Origin: an uncultured Acidobacteriota bacterium
GTDB taxonomy: Bacteria; Acidobacteriota; Thermoanaerobaculia; Multivoradales; JAHEKO01
Assembly: GCA_963713825.1 (NCBI GenBank)
Contig: CAVQNG010000003.1
Location: 416,001-480,000, forward strand
Length of the DNA stretch: 64,000 nt
Direction of reading: 5' to 3'
A model generated the notes under the pieces. It was given only the letters and a program-made list of their open reading frames with translations. It had not been told where the DNA came from and made no database searches. Positions 1 through 10,089 of the stretch are shown here, one piece after another. The translations under genes were made by a program, and so were the position numbers. The first letter of the stretch is position 1, and every line of letters starts with the position of its first letter.

Positions 1-906
1 ACCGGCCTCGAAGCCGAATTCCTGAATCCGATCGACGGTGTCACCTTGGTAGTTGTCCTGACCCGGTCCGAGATCGCTGTCCGAGTAACCCGGATCCGCG
101 GCTTCGAGCGCGCCAAAGTAACCAGCGGCATCTGTCAGCAGAAAGCGTGCCGTGCCGCGGAACTCGTTGGTACCACGCTTGGTGACCATATTGACCGAGA
201 CACCGGCTGCGCCCTTGCTTACATCGGGACCACCGGTTGCCAGCTGAATCTCGGAGAACTGGTCGAAGTCGTAGTAGGTCGGTGAGGAGCCGATGGCGGA
301 CATGTCCGTGATCTGGACACCGTCGACGAGAAAGTCGTTCTCGTCACCGTTGTTGGCCTGGCCACGGAAGACGGCCTGCTGGCCGCTCTCGTTACCACCG
401 ACGTTGATGCGGTCGGTCATGACTCCGGGAGCCTGCTGCACGATGGCCCACGGGTCACGCGCGCTCGGAATGCTCTCGAGCTCGACCTGACTGATCGTGG
501 TACCGGCGGTGAGCCGGCGCTCATCCAGCAGCGGGCTCTCGGAGGTCACCGTGATCACCTCACCAATGGCAGCACTGAGCTGCACCAGGATCGTGGTGTT
601 ACGGCCAACCCTGACATTGACGGTCGGGTACTCAACGGAGGAGAACCCGTCTAAGGAGGCCTTGAGCGCATAGTCGCCTGGGGCCAGACCGAGGAAACGG
701 GTCTCACCTTGCGCGCTGGTAATCCCGAGCTTGGGAGCTCCACCACCCGTCAGCTCGACACTGGCGCCCGGCAGAGCTTGTTCTGTGGTGTCGGTGACCT
801 GGACGTAGATGTTCCCGGTCTCCTCTTGTGCGATTGTGGTTGCCGCTGTGCTCAGCAGTAGTACGACTGCCAACGCTAGCGGCCATGACCATCTGTTCGT
901 TCTCAT
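1..906 (-). CDS. TonB-dependent receptor with N-terminal carboxypeptidase regulatory-like domain (5' part; runs off the left edge)
   Basis: Absent from the ORF track because there is no stop in the window. Manual translation from ATG 906 (GGAGGA RBS): signal peptide MRTNRWSWPLALAVVLLL, then GNIYVQVTD..ALPGASVEL, ITVTSESPLLD, and plug-domain motifs FLVDGVQITD and VNMVTKRGTNEFRG. Confidence 0.9.
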   Translation of the reverse strand, partial: MRTNRWSWPLALAVVLLLSTAATTIAQEETGNIYVQVTDTTEQALPGASVELTGGGAPKLGITSAQGETRFLGLAPGDYALKASLDGFSSVEYPTVNVRVGRNTTILVQLSAAIGEVITVTSESPLLDERRLTAGTTISQVELESIPSARDPWAIVQQAPGVMTDRINVGGNESGQQAVFRGQANNGDENDFLVDGVQITDMSAIGSSPTYYDFDQFSEIQLATGGPDVSKGAAGVSVNMVTKRGTNEFRGTARFLLTDAAGYFGALEAADPGYSDSDLGPGQDNYQGDTVDRIQEFGFEAG

Positions 907-973
907 AGGTGATCCTCCATTCGTTGGGTGAGACCTTCACGCTGTGAACGGCTGTCAATTAGGAGGACCCAGA

Positions 974-988
974 GCAAGGCGAGTGCCA
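974..988 (-). promoter_or_regulatory. sigma54 (-24/-12) promoter of the TonB receptor gene
   Basis: Minus strand reads TGGCACTCGCCTTGC, an exact TGGCAC-N5-TTGC match about 70 bp upstream of the start codon. Confidence 0.8.
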
Positions 989-1318
989 AGACCCGCAAGC
1001 AGCGCTCATGACTCGCTAAATCGTGTCGAAAACCACCGCAATCATTGGCGATGCTGGCAGTCGGTTCTCGTCCACGCCTCGATGGCCGCCGATCCTGCGC
1101 ATCGAGAGCCGCGAGAATCGGACCCAGAATCTTGAAGCAAACTCGGACGGCGGTCTTCCAGTTGCCGACGAGGCAACTCGTGATTTCTCAAGTGCTTGTA
1201 AACAAAGCGCTTACGGCGGCGCGGCCAGAATATCAACACTGATTCAATATTCCGTACAACCCCGCAGCAGAAAATGCGGAGAAATGAACTTCCACCCTCG
1301 AAGGGCAGACCTTCCGCT

Positions 1319-2104
1319 TCAACCTTGATTATTGCGGGGAGATTCGCTCGAACCCTGGACGAGCTTCTTCACCGCACCCATCGAAGATCGGCTGACCCTG
1401 AGGCTCTTGCCTCCGGTCATCACGATCTCGACGCCACCCGAGTCGGCAGGGAGGACATCTTGAACGTGGTCCTTGTTGACCACGATCGAGCGGTGAATTC
1501 TCACAAAGGTGTCGGGGCTGAGTTTCCCCAAGAGGCAGGCGAGCGAGTCTTGACAGTGAACAATACGACCCTGCAGGTACAGACGGGTGCATCGGCCTGC
1601 CGCATCGATCCAGCGAATCTGGCTCGGCTTCATGAAGACGTAGACGCCTTCCTCCGAGTGCACCATGAGCGTGTCATGGTTCGAGGATCTTCTGGTCAGT
1701 GCGCGGTTCACCTCTTCGTACCAGGGCTCGCTCGTCTCCTCGCCCGATCGGTCATCAAGGTAATGGAGGAGGTCGACCGCTTCCGTGAGGCGGAGTCGAT
1801 CGACAGGCCTACTGAGACAGATCGTCTTCATGGACAGCGCACGATAGGCATCCCCGTTTTGTCCCTTCGGGCGCTCATTCACCAGGTAGGACTCGAGGTC
1901 GAGTGAACCCGCCAGGTAGCAGGCACCGCAGCCCGGCAGCCACGATTCGATAATCCACAGCTCTGGCGCACTGGGACCGGCCGCTGTTATGGCGTCGTCG
2001 ATCGTGGCGCACTCTTTGACAACTTCGACGTCTTTCATCGAGTCCAGCGCCCGCCGCAGCGTCCCCCGGGCAGCCAGGTCCGAATCCACAATCAGGGCTT
2101 TCAT
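1319..2104 (-). CDS. LytTR-family regulator with degenerate (pseudo-)receiver domain
   Basis: MKALIVDSD receiver start; C-terminal LytTR motif FVRIHRSIVVN...LRVSRS. The phosphoacceptor position reads WIIES (Glu). Confidence 0.85.
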   Translation of the reverse strand: MKALIVDSDLAARGTLRRALDSMKDVEVVKECATIDDAITAAGPSAPELWIIESWLPGCGACYLAGSLDLESYLVNERPKGQNGDAYRALSMKTICLSRPVDRLRLTEAVDLLHYLDDRSGEETSEPWYEEVNRALTRRSSNHDTLMVHSEEGVYVFMKPSQIRWIDAAGRCTRLYLQGRIVHCQDSLACLLGKLSPDTFVRIHRSIVVNKDHVQDVLPADSGGVEIVMTGGKSLRVSRSSMGAVKKLVQGSSESPRNNQG

Positions 2105-2357
2105 TGAGATCCTCCCTCGAGTGGCATCGAGTCGAACCCAGAACAGGAACGAGGAACCCGAGCTACCGTGAAAAGCACTTCCGCCGCAAACATGGCAAAC
2201 CCCTTCGAGAAACAACTCCTCGGTTGAGAACACCGAGGCATTCAACTTCTATACGTAGATTCGGCCTGCAGGTTTGCAAAGCCATCCGCAGAGCCCTGAC
2301 AGCACTACAGATCGGCAGCCGCGTCAATGTAAACTGCGCTCTGGGAAGGTTCTGGAT

Positions 2358-4826
2358 ATGAGCGCCAGTTCGCGGACCTCAGACCTGCTCGGCAGCGACA
2401 TGCTGGACTATCTCCGTATCGGTGGCACCGAGACGGAGCTTGCGGCTGGCGACACCATCATTCACAAAGGCGATCCCGGAGTCGCGGTCTACTTCATCCT
2501 CGCCGGCGAGGTCGAGGTCAGCCTGCAGGCTGCCGACGGTCGCCACCTGGCATTGTGCCGTCTCGGCCCGAGCGAGTATTTCGGCGAGCTCTCTGTGCTA
2601 CGCCACGAGCCGGTCTCCGCCGACGTCTCTTCCACCACTCCGGTTCGACTGTTGCGTTATCCGGCCGAGCTCTTCCCGACCGCCCTCACCGAGTGCGAGC
2701 CGCTGAGAGAGATGCTGCTCGGCCGTCTGGCGCAAGATCTCCAACGATCCACCACCGACGCGTGGGACCTGTTCAAGCGAGAGCAGGCGTTCTCCGACCT
2801 CGCCCGTGGAGAGGGAGTCGAGGATTCGATGGTGGTTGCCTCCCCACGGATGCGCACCATCAAGAAGAAGCTCGTGGCGTTGGGGGACGGAGACGAGTCG
2901 GTCCTGATCACCGGCGCACCAGGCACCGGCAGGACATTGGCAGCGCGGCTCGTCCATCACTCCTCCAGCCAAGCCAACCAAGCCTTGCTGGTCGTGGATT
3001 GCCAGGATCTTCCCGTCGATGGAGCCTACACGGCCATCTTCGGGTACAGCGTCGACGGCGACAATCGGGAGGATTCGAGCAATTTCGGAGCCCTCCACCT
3101 GGCTCATGGGGGCGACCTCATCCTGCGCAACCTCGGAGCGCTCGCCGCTCGCGAGCAGGAGCAGCTCGCCGACTATCTGCAGCGGAGAAGGCTTGGGGAG
3201 ATCGCCACGTTTCCTCTGGTGCGAGTCATCGCGACTGCCCCGGACCTCGAAGATCCTCACTATGCCGCAGAGGTCAGTGAGGCTCTTCGCACCGAGTTCT
3301 CCGAGGCCGTTCGCCTGCCTTCGATCGTAGAGAGACCGCGTGACATTGTTCCCCTGGCCCGCCACTTTCTATCGGAGATCGACGGGGCCCAAGACAACCA
3401 CCTCAGCCAGGGTGCCGAGCATGCCCTGGTGTCCCTGCGTTGTCCCGTACGCAATGTCGATGAGCTTCGCGACATCGTCGAAATGGCGGCTCGATGCAGC
3501 GCGGGGAACGAGATCCGCGCCGACCAAATCTTCATCGGCCTCGGTGAAGACGAACCGCTCGGTCTGGCCCTCGGCCGACCGCCGCTCATCATGCGGTTCC
3601 TCAATGGCGGCGGCCTCACCCTTTTACGCAGTGTGACTTTGGCGTCATTCCTCGCCGCGATCGTCCTCTGCATGATGGCCGGAACGACCGTCGCCGGTCG
3701 AGTTGCCAACGGTCTCATCTGGAGTGTGTGGGAGCCTGTGGTCTTTGCCCTCTTCCTCCTCGGGGGAGCCCTCTGGTGCACCGTTTGCCCACTCTCGACC
3801 GCCGGCCGCCTGGCGAAACGCGCCATTGATCTCGACCGACCTCCGCCGCCGTGGTTGACCGGCAAGCTTGCGGCCGCTCTTCCCGCCATCGCATTCTTCG
3901 CCATCGTCTGGGTCGAGTGGGTCTTCCACATGACCGAGGCTCCCCTCGGGTCTGGTCTTCTCCTGCTGGCGCTCATCCTGTCTTCGGTGGTGCTGTGCAT
4001 GATCTACCAGCGCGAAGTGTGGTGCCGCTACGTCTGTCCCCTGGGCCGTTTGGCCGTGGTCTTGGCCCCGGCAGCCCCGCTTTCTGTCGCCGCCGACCGC
4101 AATCTCTGCGCTTCGACCTGTACCACTCACGCGTGCTACCAGGGAACGGACAAGGTCCCCGGCTGCACGGTCTTCCGTCATCCCATGAATTCCAGTGAGG
4201 CTCACAACTGCAAACTCTGTGGGGACTGTCTGCGCTCCTGCCCTCATGGATCGACCGGCCTTTTCCTGAGGCCACCGGGACAGGGAGCCGTGCACCTCGG
4301 AGGATCAGGCAGGTACCCCTCGGCGTTCGCCCTCACTCTTCTCCTCCTCGCACCGATCTTCCTTGCCGCGGACACTACAGAAGTGATGAAACAAGCGGCC
4401 ATCCTCACCATCTCGGGAATCGGCGCGATCGTCATCGGCCTGGCCCTCGGCTGGCGCCTGCCTCACTTTCTCGGAGTCCAGGGAGAGAATCCAGCTGCCG
4501 CCCAGCGCGTGGCTGCCGCGTTGGCAGTTCTGGCCTGGGGGCCCTTGATGGCCGCTCAGTTCCGCAGGATCGCTATCTTGGAGGACCTCTACGTCCGGTC
4601 CGAAAGCGGAGCTGCCTGGTTCGGCCCGTTTACCGAAGGCGTGACCTTCCTCACTCTGGCCAGTGTGGGAATCGTGCTGCTCGCTGGTGCCTTGTCTGCA
4701 ATCATCTTGTGGCGCGCTCGGAAACGCTGCAGAGACGAGCTGCGGCCCATCGCACGTTCTGCCTGGCACAGCATCGGTGTCGTCTGGCTGGTGTCAATCG
4801 TCGTGTCGCTGGCGCTGGTTCTCTGA
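2358..4826 (+). CDS. cNMP-binding / degenerate sigma54-activator-type AAA+ / membrane 4Fe-4S-binding fusion protein
   Basis: cNMP domain (GPSEYFGELS); VLITGAPGTGRT; multiple TM helices with WCTVCP, WCRYVCP and CKLCGDCLRSCP. Start codon uncertain (ATG 2358 chosen). Confidence 0.8.
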   Translation: MSASSRTSDLLGSDMLDYLRIGGTETELAAGDTIIHKGDPGVAVYFILAGEVEVSLQAADGRHLALCRLGPSEYFGELSVLRHEPVSADVSSTTPVRLLRYPAELFPTALTECEPLREMLLGRLAQDLQRSTTDAWDLFKREQAFSDLARGEGVEDSMVVASPRMRTIKKKLVALGDGDESVLITGAPGTGRTLAARLVHHSSSQANQALLVVDCQDLPVDGAYTAIFGYSVDGDNREDSSNFGALHLAHGGDLILRNLGALAAREQEQLADYLQRRRLGEIATFPLVRVIATAPDLEDPHYAAEVSEALRTEFSEAVRLPSIVERPRDIVPLARHFLSEIDGAQDNHLSQGAEHALVSLRCPVRNVDELRDIVEMAARCSAGNEIRADQIFIGLGEDEPLGLALGRPPLIMRFLNGGGLTLLRSVTLASFLAAIVLCMMAGTTVAGRVANGLIWSVWEPVVFALFLLGGALWCTVCPLSTAGRLAKRAIDLDRPPPPWLTGKLAAALPAIAFFAIVWVEWVFHMTEAPLGSGLLLLALILSSVVLCMIYQREVWCRYVCPLGRLAVVLAPAAPLSVAADRNLCASTCTTHACYQGTDKVPGCTVFRHPMNSSEAHNCKLCGDCLRSCPHGSTGLFLRPPGQGAVHLGGSGRYPSAFALTLLLLAPIFLAADTTEVMKQAAILTISGIGAIVIGLALGWRLPHFLGVQGENPAAAQRVAAALAVLAWGPLMAAQFRRIAILEDLYVRSESGAAWFGPFTEGVTFLTLASVGIVLLAGALSAIILWRARKRCRDELRPIARSAWHSIGVVWLVSIVVSLALVL

Positions 4827-5067
4827 TCGCTCCCGAGTCCGTAGTCCCACCATCGAACGAGCCGATCCCAACATCGAACGAACATCGCAGGGACTGCGGC
4901 AACAATACAAGCCAAAGAGCCCATGGCACGGACATTGCTGTTGAGGGGGGCGGGAATCATTCGGACGATCAAGCAACCGGACGCACGACTCGAACCCATG
5001 ACCCATGTAGATCCAAACAAAGAGCAGCAGGAAAGCGCATCCTCGATCTCGTAAGGAGCCAGACACC

Positions 5068-7473
5068 ATGTCGCCGGATCTACGCTATGCCCTTCGTTCG
5101 CTCATCCGACGTCCCCTCTTCTCCCTGATCTTGATCTCCATCCTGGCCATTGGCCTGGGCGCCAACACGGCGATGTTCAGCGTCGTCGACTCGGTGCTCC
5201 TGGAGCCTCTGCCCTATCCCGACGCCGACCAGTTGGTCTGGATGTGGGGTCTGACTCCTGAGCTCCGAAACAACACGCTCCCAGCCCTCGACTACATGGA
5301 CTATCGGGAACAGAGCAGTTCGTTCGAGCACCTGGCCGCCTTCTCGATCTGGCAGGAGCGGTACGTGGTCACGGGCGATATCGAGCCCGAGGTCCTGGTA
5401 GGCGCCGCGACGTCGTGGAACCTCTTTCGTACGCTGGGTATAGAGCCGATCCTCGGTCGGGGCTTCGTGCTGGGGGACGAAGACCCTACCCTGGGCAACC
5501 CGGTGGTGTTGAGCCACGAGCTCTGGCAGCGTCGCTTCGGTCGTGACCCGAAGATCCTCGGCCGAACGGTGAGCCTCGAGGGCAATGCCTACGAGGTGGT
5601 CGGCGTCATGCCCGAGGGGTTTGCCTTCCCGAATTGGGCAGAGCTCTGGCGGCCGATGCGAATGAGCGAGCCACAGGCCGAGGGCCGCCGCAACAGCAAC
5701 TTCCGGATCATTGGCCGGATGAAGTCAGAGGTAACCATCGAGCAAGCCGACGCCGAGTTGGTTGCTTTGCATGCCGGCCTGGCTGAGCAGTTTCCCGACG
5801 TCAAGGAGGGTTGGTCGGTAAAGCTGGTTCCCCTCGAAGACGTTGTCGTCGGCAACGTGCGTGGCGTGCTGTGGATCTTGCTGGGCGCGGTAGTGCTGGT
5901 CCTGCTGGTCGCCTGCGCCAACGTCGCGGCCCTGCTTCTTGCACGGGCGACTGGGCGACAGGGTGAGATGGCAGTGCGCGTGGCCTTGGGGGCATCGCGG
6001 GGGAGGGTAATCCGGCAGTTGCTTACCGAGAGCATAGTCACCGCCCTGATCGGCGGCACCCTCGGAATCGCCCTTGCGGCCGCCATTCTCAGGGGCCTCG
6101 CCAGGATGGGCACTGAAGCGGTGCCACGGCAAGCGACCATCGAGTTCGATCAGACAGCGCTGGTCTTTACACTGATCGTCTCCTTGGCCAGCGGAATCCT
6201 GTTCGGCCTCGCTCCAGCATTGCGCGCGTCCCGGCTCCAACTGGTCGAAGCGCTCAAAGATGGGCACCGAGGAAACCGTGGTGCCGGTGGCTCACGGCTC
6301 CAAGCCGGTCTCGTCGTGGGGCAGGTGGGGCTCTCGCTCGTGCTGCTCGTCGGCTCGGCGCTACTGATCCGAAGCTTCGTGACTCTCCAGAGTGAGGAGC
6401 TTGGTTTTGATCCTGAGGGAGTGCTTACCGCCGATCTTCGTCTGTCGGAGGCCGAGTACGGAGAGGACACGGTGCATCCCTATCTCTTCTACCAGGCGGC
6501 GCTCGAGCGCGTCGAGGCACTCCCCGGTGTCGAGAGCGCGGGCATCACCACCGAGCTCCCAGTGGAAGGCGGCTTTGGCCCATACAACGGGGTCTACGCC
6601 GAAGGCCGCCCCCCCGCAACACAGGCCGAGCTGATACCAGCGGTCCGACGGTCCGTCTCCCCGGGCTACTTCGAGGCGATGGGCATCTCACTGTTGCGGG
6701 GCAGGACCCTGAGAGACAGCGATGTGAACGATGCGCCACTCGTCGCTGTCATCAGCCGTAGTCTGGCCGATACCCTCTTCCCGAGCGAGGACCCGATCGG
6801 ACAATCGGTGGTCTATCCATGGGATCCTCCGGTCCTCTTCGAAGTCGTGGGTGTGGTCGGAGATGTGCGCCTCGGCGATCTCGATGACGACATGTTCTCG
6901 ACCATCTACTGGGCAATCAGCCAGCACGAGCGGCTGAACGCAAAACTGGTAGCGAAGACCTCGGGTGATCCCTCGGCGCTGGCACCTGCGCTGCGTGCCG
7001 CAATTCGCGACATCGGGCCCAACGTACCCATCACTTCGATCCGACCGATGAGCGACGTGATCTCCAAGTCGCTGGCGCTAAACCGGTTCCGCACCGTCGT
7101 CTTTGGCGCCTTCGCTGCGGTGGCCATCCTACTCGCCGCACTCGGGCTCTATGGCGTCCTGGCGCAACTCGTCGGCCGTCGAACCCACGAGCTGGGTGTG
7201 CGAATGGTGCTCGGCGCCGACCGCTTGGACATCTTGAATCGGGTTCTGGCTCAAGGCACGAAACTCACCCTGGCCGGCCTTGCCCTGGGTCTTGCGGGAG
7301 CGGCAGCTACCACCCGCGTCATCAAGGGAATGCTGTTCGGAGTGGAGTCACTGGATCCGGAGACCTTTGTCGGTGCGACCGCCTTTCTCGGGGTCGTGGC
7401 CTTGGCTGCGGCTCTGCTCCCGGCATGGCGGGCGACGCGGGTCGATCCGGTCGACTCTCTGCGGTCCGAGTAG
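5068..7473 (+). CDS. ABC permease, ADOP (duplicated MacB/FtsX) family
   Basis: DLRYALRSL..LAIGLGANTAMFS, LLVACANVA, RVALGA, RTHELGVRMVLGA, PAWRATRVDP; 801 aa. Confidence 0.95.
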   Translation: MSPDLRYALRSLIRRPLFSLILISILAIGLGANTAMFSVVDSVLLEPLPYPDADQLVWMWGLTPELRNNTLPALDYMDYREQSSSFEHLAAFSIWQERYVVTGDIEPEVLVGAATSWNLFRTLGIEPILGRGFVLGDEDPTLGNPVVLSHELWQRRFGRDPKILGRTVSLEGNAYEVVGVMPEGFAFPNWAELWRPMRMSEPQAEGRRNSNFRIIGRMKSEVTIEQADAELVALHAGLAEQFPDVKEGWSVKLVPLEDVVVGNVRGVLWILLGAVVLVLLVACANVAALLLARATGRQGEMAVRVALGASRGRVIRQLLTESIVTALIGGTLGIALAAAILRGLARMGTEAVPRQATIEFDQTALVFTLIVSLASGILFGLAPALRASRLQLVEALKDGHRGNRGAGGSRLQAGLVVGQVGLSLVLLVGSALLIRSFVTLQSEELGFDPEGVLTADLRLSEAEYGEDTVHPYLFYQAALERVEALPGVESAGITTELPVEGGFGPYNGVYAEGRPPATQAELIPAVRRSVSPGYFEAMGISLLRGRTLRDSDVNDAPLVAVISRSLADTLFPSEDPIGQSVVYPWDPPVLFEVVGVVGDVRLGDLDDDMFSTIYWAISQHERLNAKLVAKTSGDPSALAPALRAAIRDIGPNVPITSIRPMSDVISKSLALNRFRTVVFGAFAAVAILLAALGLYGVLAQLVGRRTHELGVRMVLGADRLDILNRVLAQGTKLTLAGLALGLAGAAATTRVIKGMLFGVESLDPETFVGATAFLGVVALAAALLPAWRATRVDPVDSLRSE

Positions 7474-7718
7474 ACCTGCCCCTTCAGCTCCTCGCCTTCC
7501 ATCCACCCCTTGATGATCTGGATCCGGTCGAGGTTGCCACCAATCGGGTCTTTGAGTGCCACAACGAGAAAGGAAGGCGAGGCCCCGGAGGGTGCGCTCA
7601 TGAGATCACCGCCCATAGGCACACCCTTCTGGCAGCCGATCATGCCGAACTTGAAGGGGTTCATGCCCAGCTGCTCTGCGAGCTTCAGGCCGAGTAGGAG
7701 ACCGCTGCGCGCGTAACC
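7470..7718 (-). pseudogene. Internally deleted remnant of a DUF3604 gene
   Basis: [48 protein letters not shown] aligns by eye to two segments of the intact DUF3604 protein (17737-19704) that are ~106 aa apart. Confidence 0.85.
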
Positions 7719-7760
7719 GTGCAGCCATTGCGATGCTCGAGAGGTTGGAGGAACAGTAGT

Positions 7761-8702
7761 ATGAAGACTCCCAGATTCTTGGTTCTAACATTCGTCACCA
7801 TTCTGGCTGCAAGCCTCGGACCTTCAGCCCATGGCCAGAGCTCCTCTGGCCCCTATCTGGGTCTGGACCCACCCGGAAAGTCGGCACAGGTTTTCGCTCC
7901 ATGGCTCCTGGGGAGCAATATGTCGCCCGGGTGTTCTGGATTCCTCCGTGACGGTATGGTGTTCGTCTTCAGTGCCATGAAGCCAGGATCCGACTGGCGA
8001 TTCAAGTCGACCTTTGTCACGGAACTGAAGGACGGAAACTGGACCGAGCCCGAGGTCGCCCCTTGGAGTGATCACCTGCCCTACAACTTTACGGTCGGTC
8101 CGGCGGGCCAGACCGTCTACTTCACCTCTCTCAAGTCCCCCGACAAGACTTCCAGCGTGCTATTGGAGCAAGCCAATATCTGGGCCGTCACCTTGCGCGA
8201 TTCCGGGTGGACAGAGCCGGTGATGCTGGGGGCTTCCCTCAACACCGAGGCCTACTACGAGAACTATCCCACGGTATCTTCGAACGGCACGGTCTACTAC
8301 ATGAGTCGCCGTGCTGACAGTGTAGGCAAGACGGACATCTATAGGTCAGAGAATCTAGATGGAAAGTACGGTGAGGCGGAGGGTCTCGGCGAACCGGTCA
8401 ACTCCCCCGAGTCCGACCAGGATCCCTTCGTCGCCGCCAACGAAAGCTATCTGATTGTCTGCCTCACGGGACGGCAGGACAGCCATGGCGGGTACGACCT
8501 GTACGTGAGTTTCAGAGATGCGGATGGTCTGTGGTCGGAACCGAGAAACCTGGGCGCAAGTGTCAACTCCGAGGGTGCCGAGTTCAGACCCTATGTGACG
8601 CCAGATGGCAAGCACCTCTTCTTTACCAGCCATGGAAGGGACGGGGACCAGATGGGCGGGATCTACTGGGTCAGCGCCGAGGTGATAGAAGACCTGAGGT
8701 AG
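7761..8702 (+). CDS. Exported PD40/TolB-like beta-propeller protein
   Basis: Signal peptide, YLGLDPPG, NLGASVNS, PYVTPDGKHLFFTS; paralogous to 31382-32314. Confidence 0.85.
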   Translation: MKTPRFLVLTFVTILAASLGPSAHGQSSSGPYLGLDPPGKSAQVFAPWLLGSNMSPGCSGFLRDGMVFVFSAMKPGSDWRFKSTFVTELKDGNWTEPEVAPWSDHLPYNFTVGPAGQTVYFTSLKSPDKTSSVLLEQANIWAVTLRDSGWTEPVMLGASLNTEAYYENYPTVSSNGTVYYMSRRADSVGKTDIYRSENLDGKYGEAEGLGEPVNSPESDQDPFVAANESYLIVCLTGRQDSHGGYDLYVSFRDADGLWSEPRNLGASVNSEGAEFRPYVTPDGKHLFFTSHGRDGDQMGGIYWVSAEVIEDLR

Positions 8703-8872
8703 ACGACCCGCCACAGACTCCACCCCTGCGGGTGTAGAATGTATCGGAGCCTCGACAGCTTCCGGCCCGGCGCGAAATCGGGTTGGATCCTCGCATCGCA
8801 ACAACTCGAGCTTTACCTCGACTCGTCGGCTGTCGAGGGCCGTGATCTTTCTATTGCTTCGGGAGGTTCGCC

Positions 8873-9661
8873 ATGACTGGACTGCCCCTATCGCAAAAGC
8901 TCGCATTTCTTCTTCTCTTCGTTCTGTTGCTGCTGATGGCCTTCTCGGGGTTCCTCGCCTGTGGCGGGAGCGGGGGGGGTGGCTCATCTGGTCCGATCGG
9001 ACCCGTAGATCCTGGTGGCTTCACTGGCTCCGGCAACGTCGTGGAGGAGTCACGGTCGGTCAGCGGGTTCTCGTCGGTGGATCAGGCAGGAGAAGGCCGA
9101 CTGTACATCGAGCAGACCGGTTCCGAGACGCTTCTGGTTCGCGCGGACGACAATCTCCTGCAGCACATTCAGACCAACGTCGTCGGAGATGAGCTGGAGA
9201 TCCGTACAGCGCCTGGGGTCGAGATCAATCCGAGCCAGGCCATCGAGTATTTCCTGACTGTCGATGACCTGATGGCTGCTGAGTTGACGGGAGTGGGCAG
9301 GCTCGAATGCACAGATCTCTCCACGAACAGGCTGGAGGTCGACTTCAGCGGGGTCGGGAGCGTCTTGTTCTCTGGCCTGGACGCTGAGTACCTGGATCTC
9401 AGCATGACTGGTGTCGGTGATGTCCAGTTCGCGGGAAGGGTCACAGAGCAGATGGTTCGGGTCTCAGGTGTTGGGGATTACAAGGCCCAAGGGCTATCTA
9501 GCCTGCTTGCGACGGTCGAGATCAATGGTAGTCAATCGGCCACCGTGCGCGTCACCAATCGACTGGTTGTTCGAATCACGGGCAGCGGTTGCGTTTACTA
9601 CATCGGCAACCCGATCATCGACAGCACCATCACCGGCTCTGGTTGCGTCGAGAAGCTCTAG
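8873..9661 (+). CDS. DUF2807 / head GIN domain beta-helix protein (probable lipoprotein)
   Basis: FLAC lipobox-like motif, GSGNVVEESRSVSGF, repeated xGxGxV units, ITGSGCVYYIGNP. Confidence 0.85.
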   Translation: MTGLPLSQKLAFLLLFVLLLLMAFSGFLACGGSGGGGSSGPIGPVDPGGFTGSGNVVEESRSVSGFSSVDQAGEGRLYIEQTGSETLLVRADDNLLQHIQTNVVGDELEIRTAPGVEINPSQAIEYFLTVDDLMAAELTGVGRLECTDLSTNRLEVDFSGVGSVLFSGLDAEYLDLSMTGVGDVQFAGRVTEQMVRVSGVGDYKAQGLSSLLATVEINGSQSATVRVTNRLVVRITGSGCVYYIGNPIIDSTITGSGCVEKL

Positions 9662-9854
9662 AGTCGATCAAGCCACTGGCGTCTCGGCTCGCACTGCCGG
9701 AGCGTCCTTCTGGTCCCTTTGGGCAAGAGTCCAACGCACGGAAGGAGAGACACTCTCCTCTGAGAGTGTAGGCTTCCAACGTCACGACAGAGCGAGGAGC
9801 CTCGAAACAGTGATTCGAGCAAGCGACTTGTGGAAACCCGTCACGGTATCCGGG

Positions 9855-10010
9855 CTGCTAGCGATACCAGTAGTGCTCACCGTTGTGCCGGCCGCCTATC
9901 TCGGCAGCCGAGTGAGTCATCGAGTGCCCGTCCTCCGGCTCCGCAGGATATTGGCTCTCCTCATATCCGCTGCAGCTGTGCGGATCTGGATTTCGGTCCT
10001 GTTCTCATAG
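9855..10010 (+). pseudogene. C-terminal remnant resembling a TauE/SafE sulfite exporter
   Basis: LLAIPVVLTVVPAAYLGSRVSHRVPVLRLRRILALLISAAAVRIW with no credible start; left boundary approximate. Confidence 0.6.
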
Positions 10011-10089
10011 ACAAAGCTGCAGTCGTCAGCGAACGACGAACAGCTCCGGGGGGAACTGCTGGACTCTCTACCACGCGCCTGATCAAGTC

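Noticed and set aside
1185-1215. AT-rich CAAGTGCTTGTAAACAAAGCGCTTA as an att or IHF site
   Set aside because: Suggestive only; a single occurrence with no adjoining module parts.
2262-2277. sigma54 promoter for the Fe-S fusion gene
   Set aside because: GG to GC spacing is 11 rather than 10 nt.
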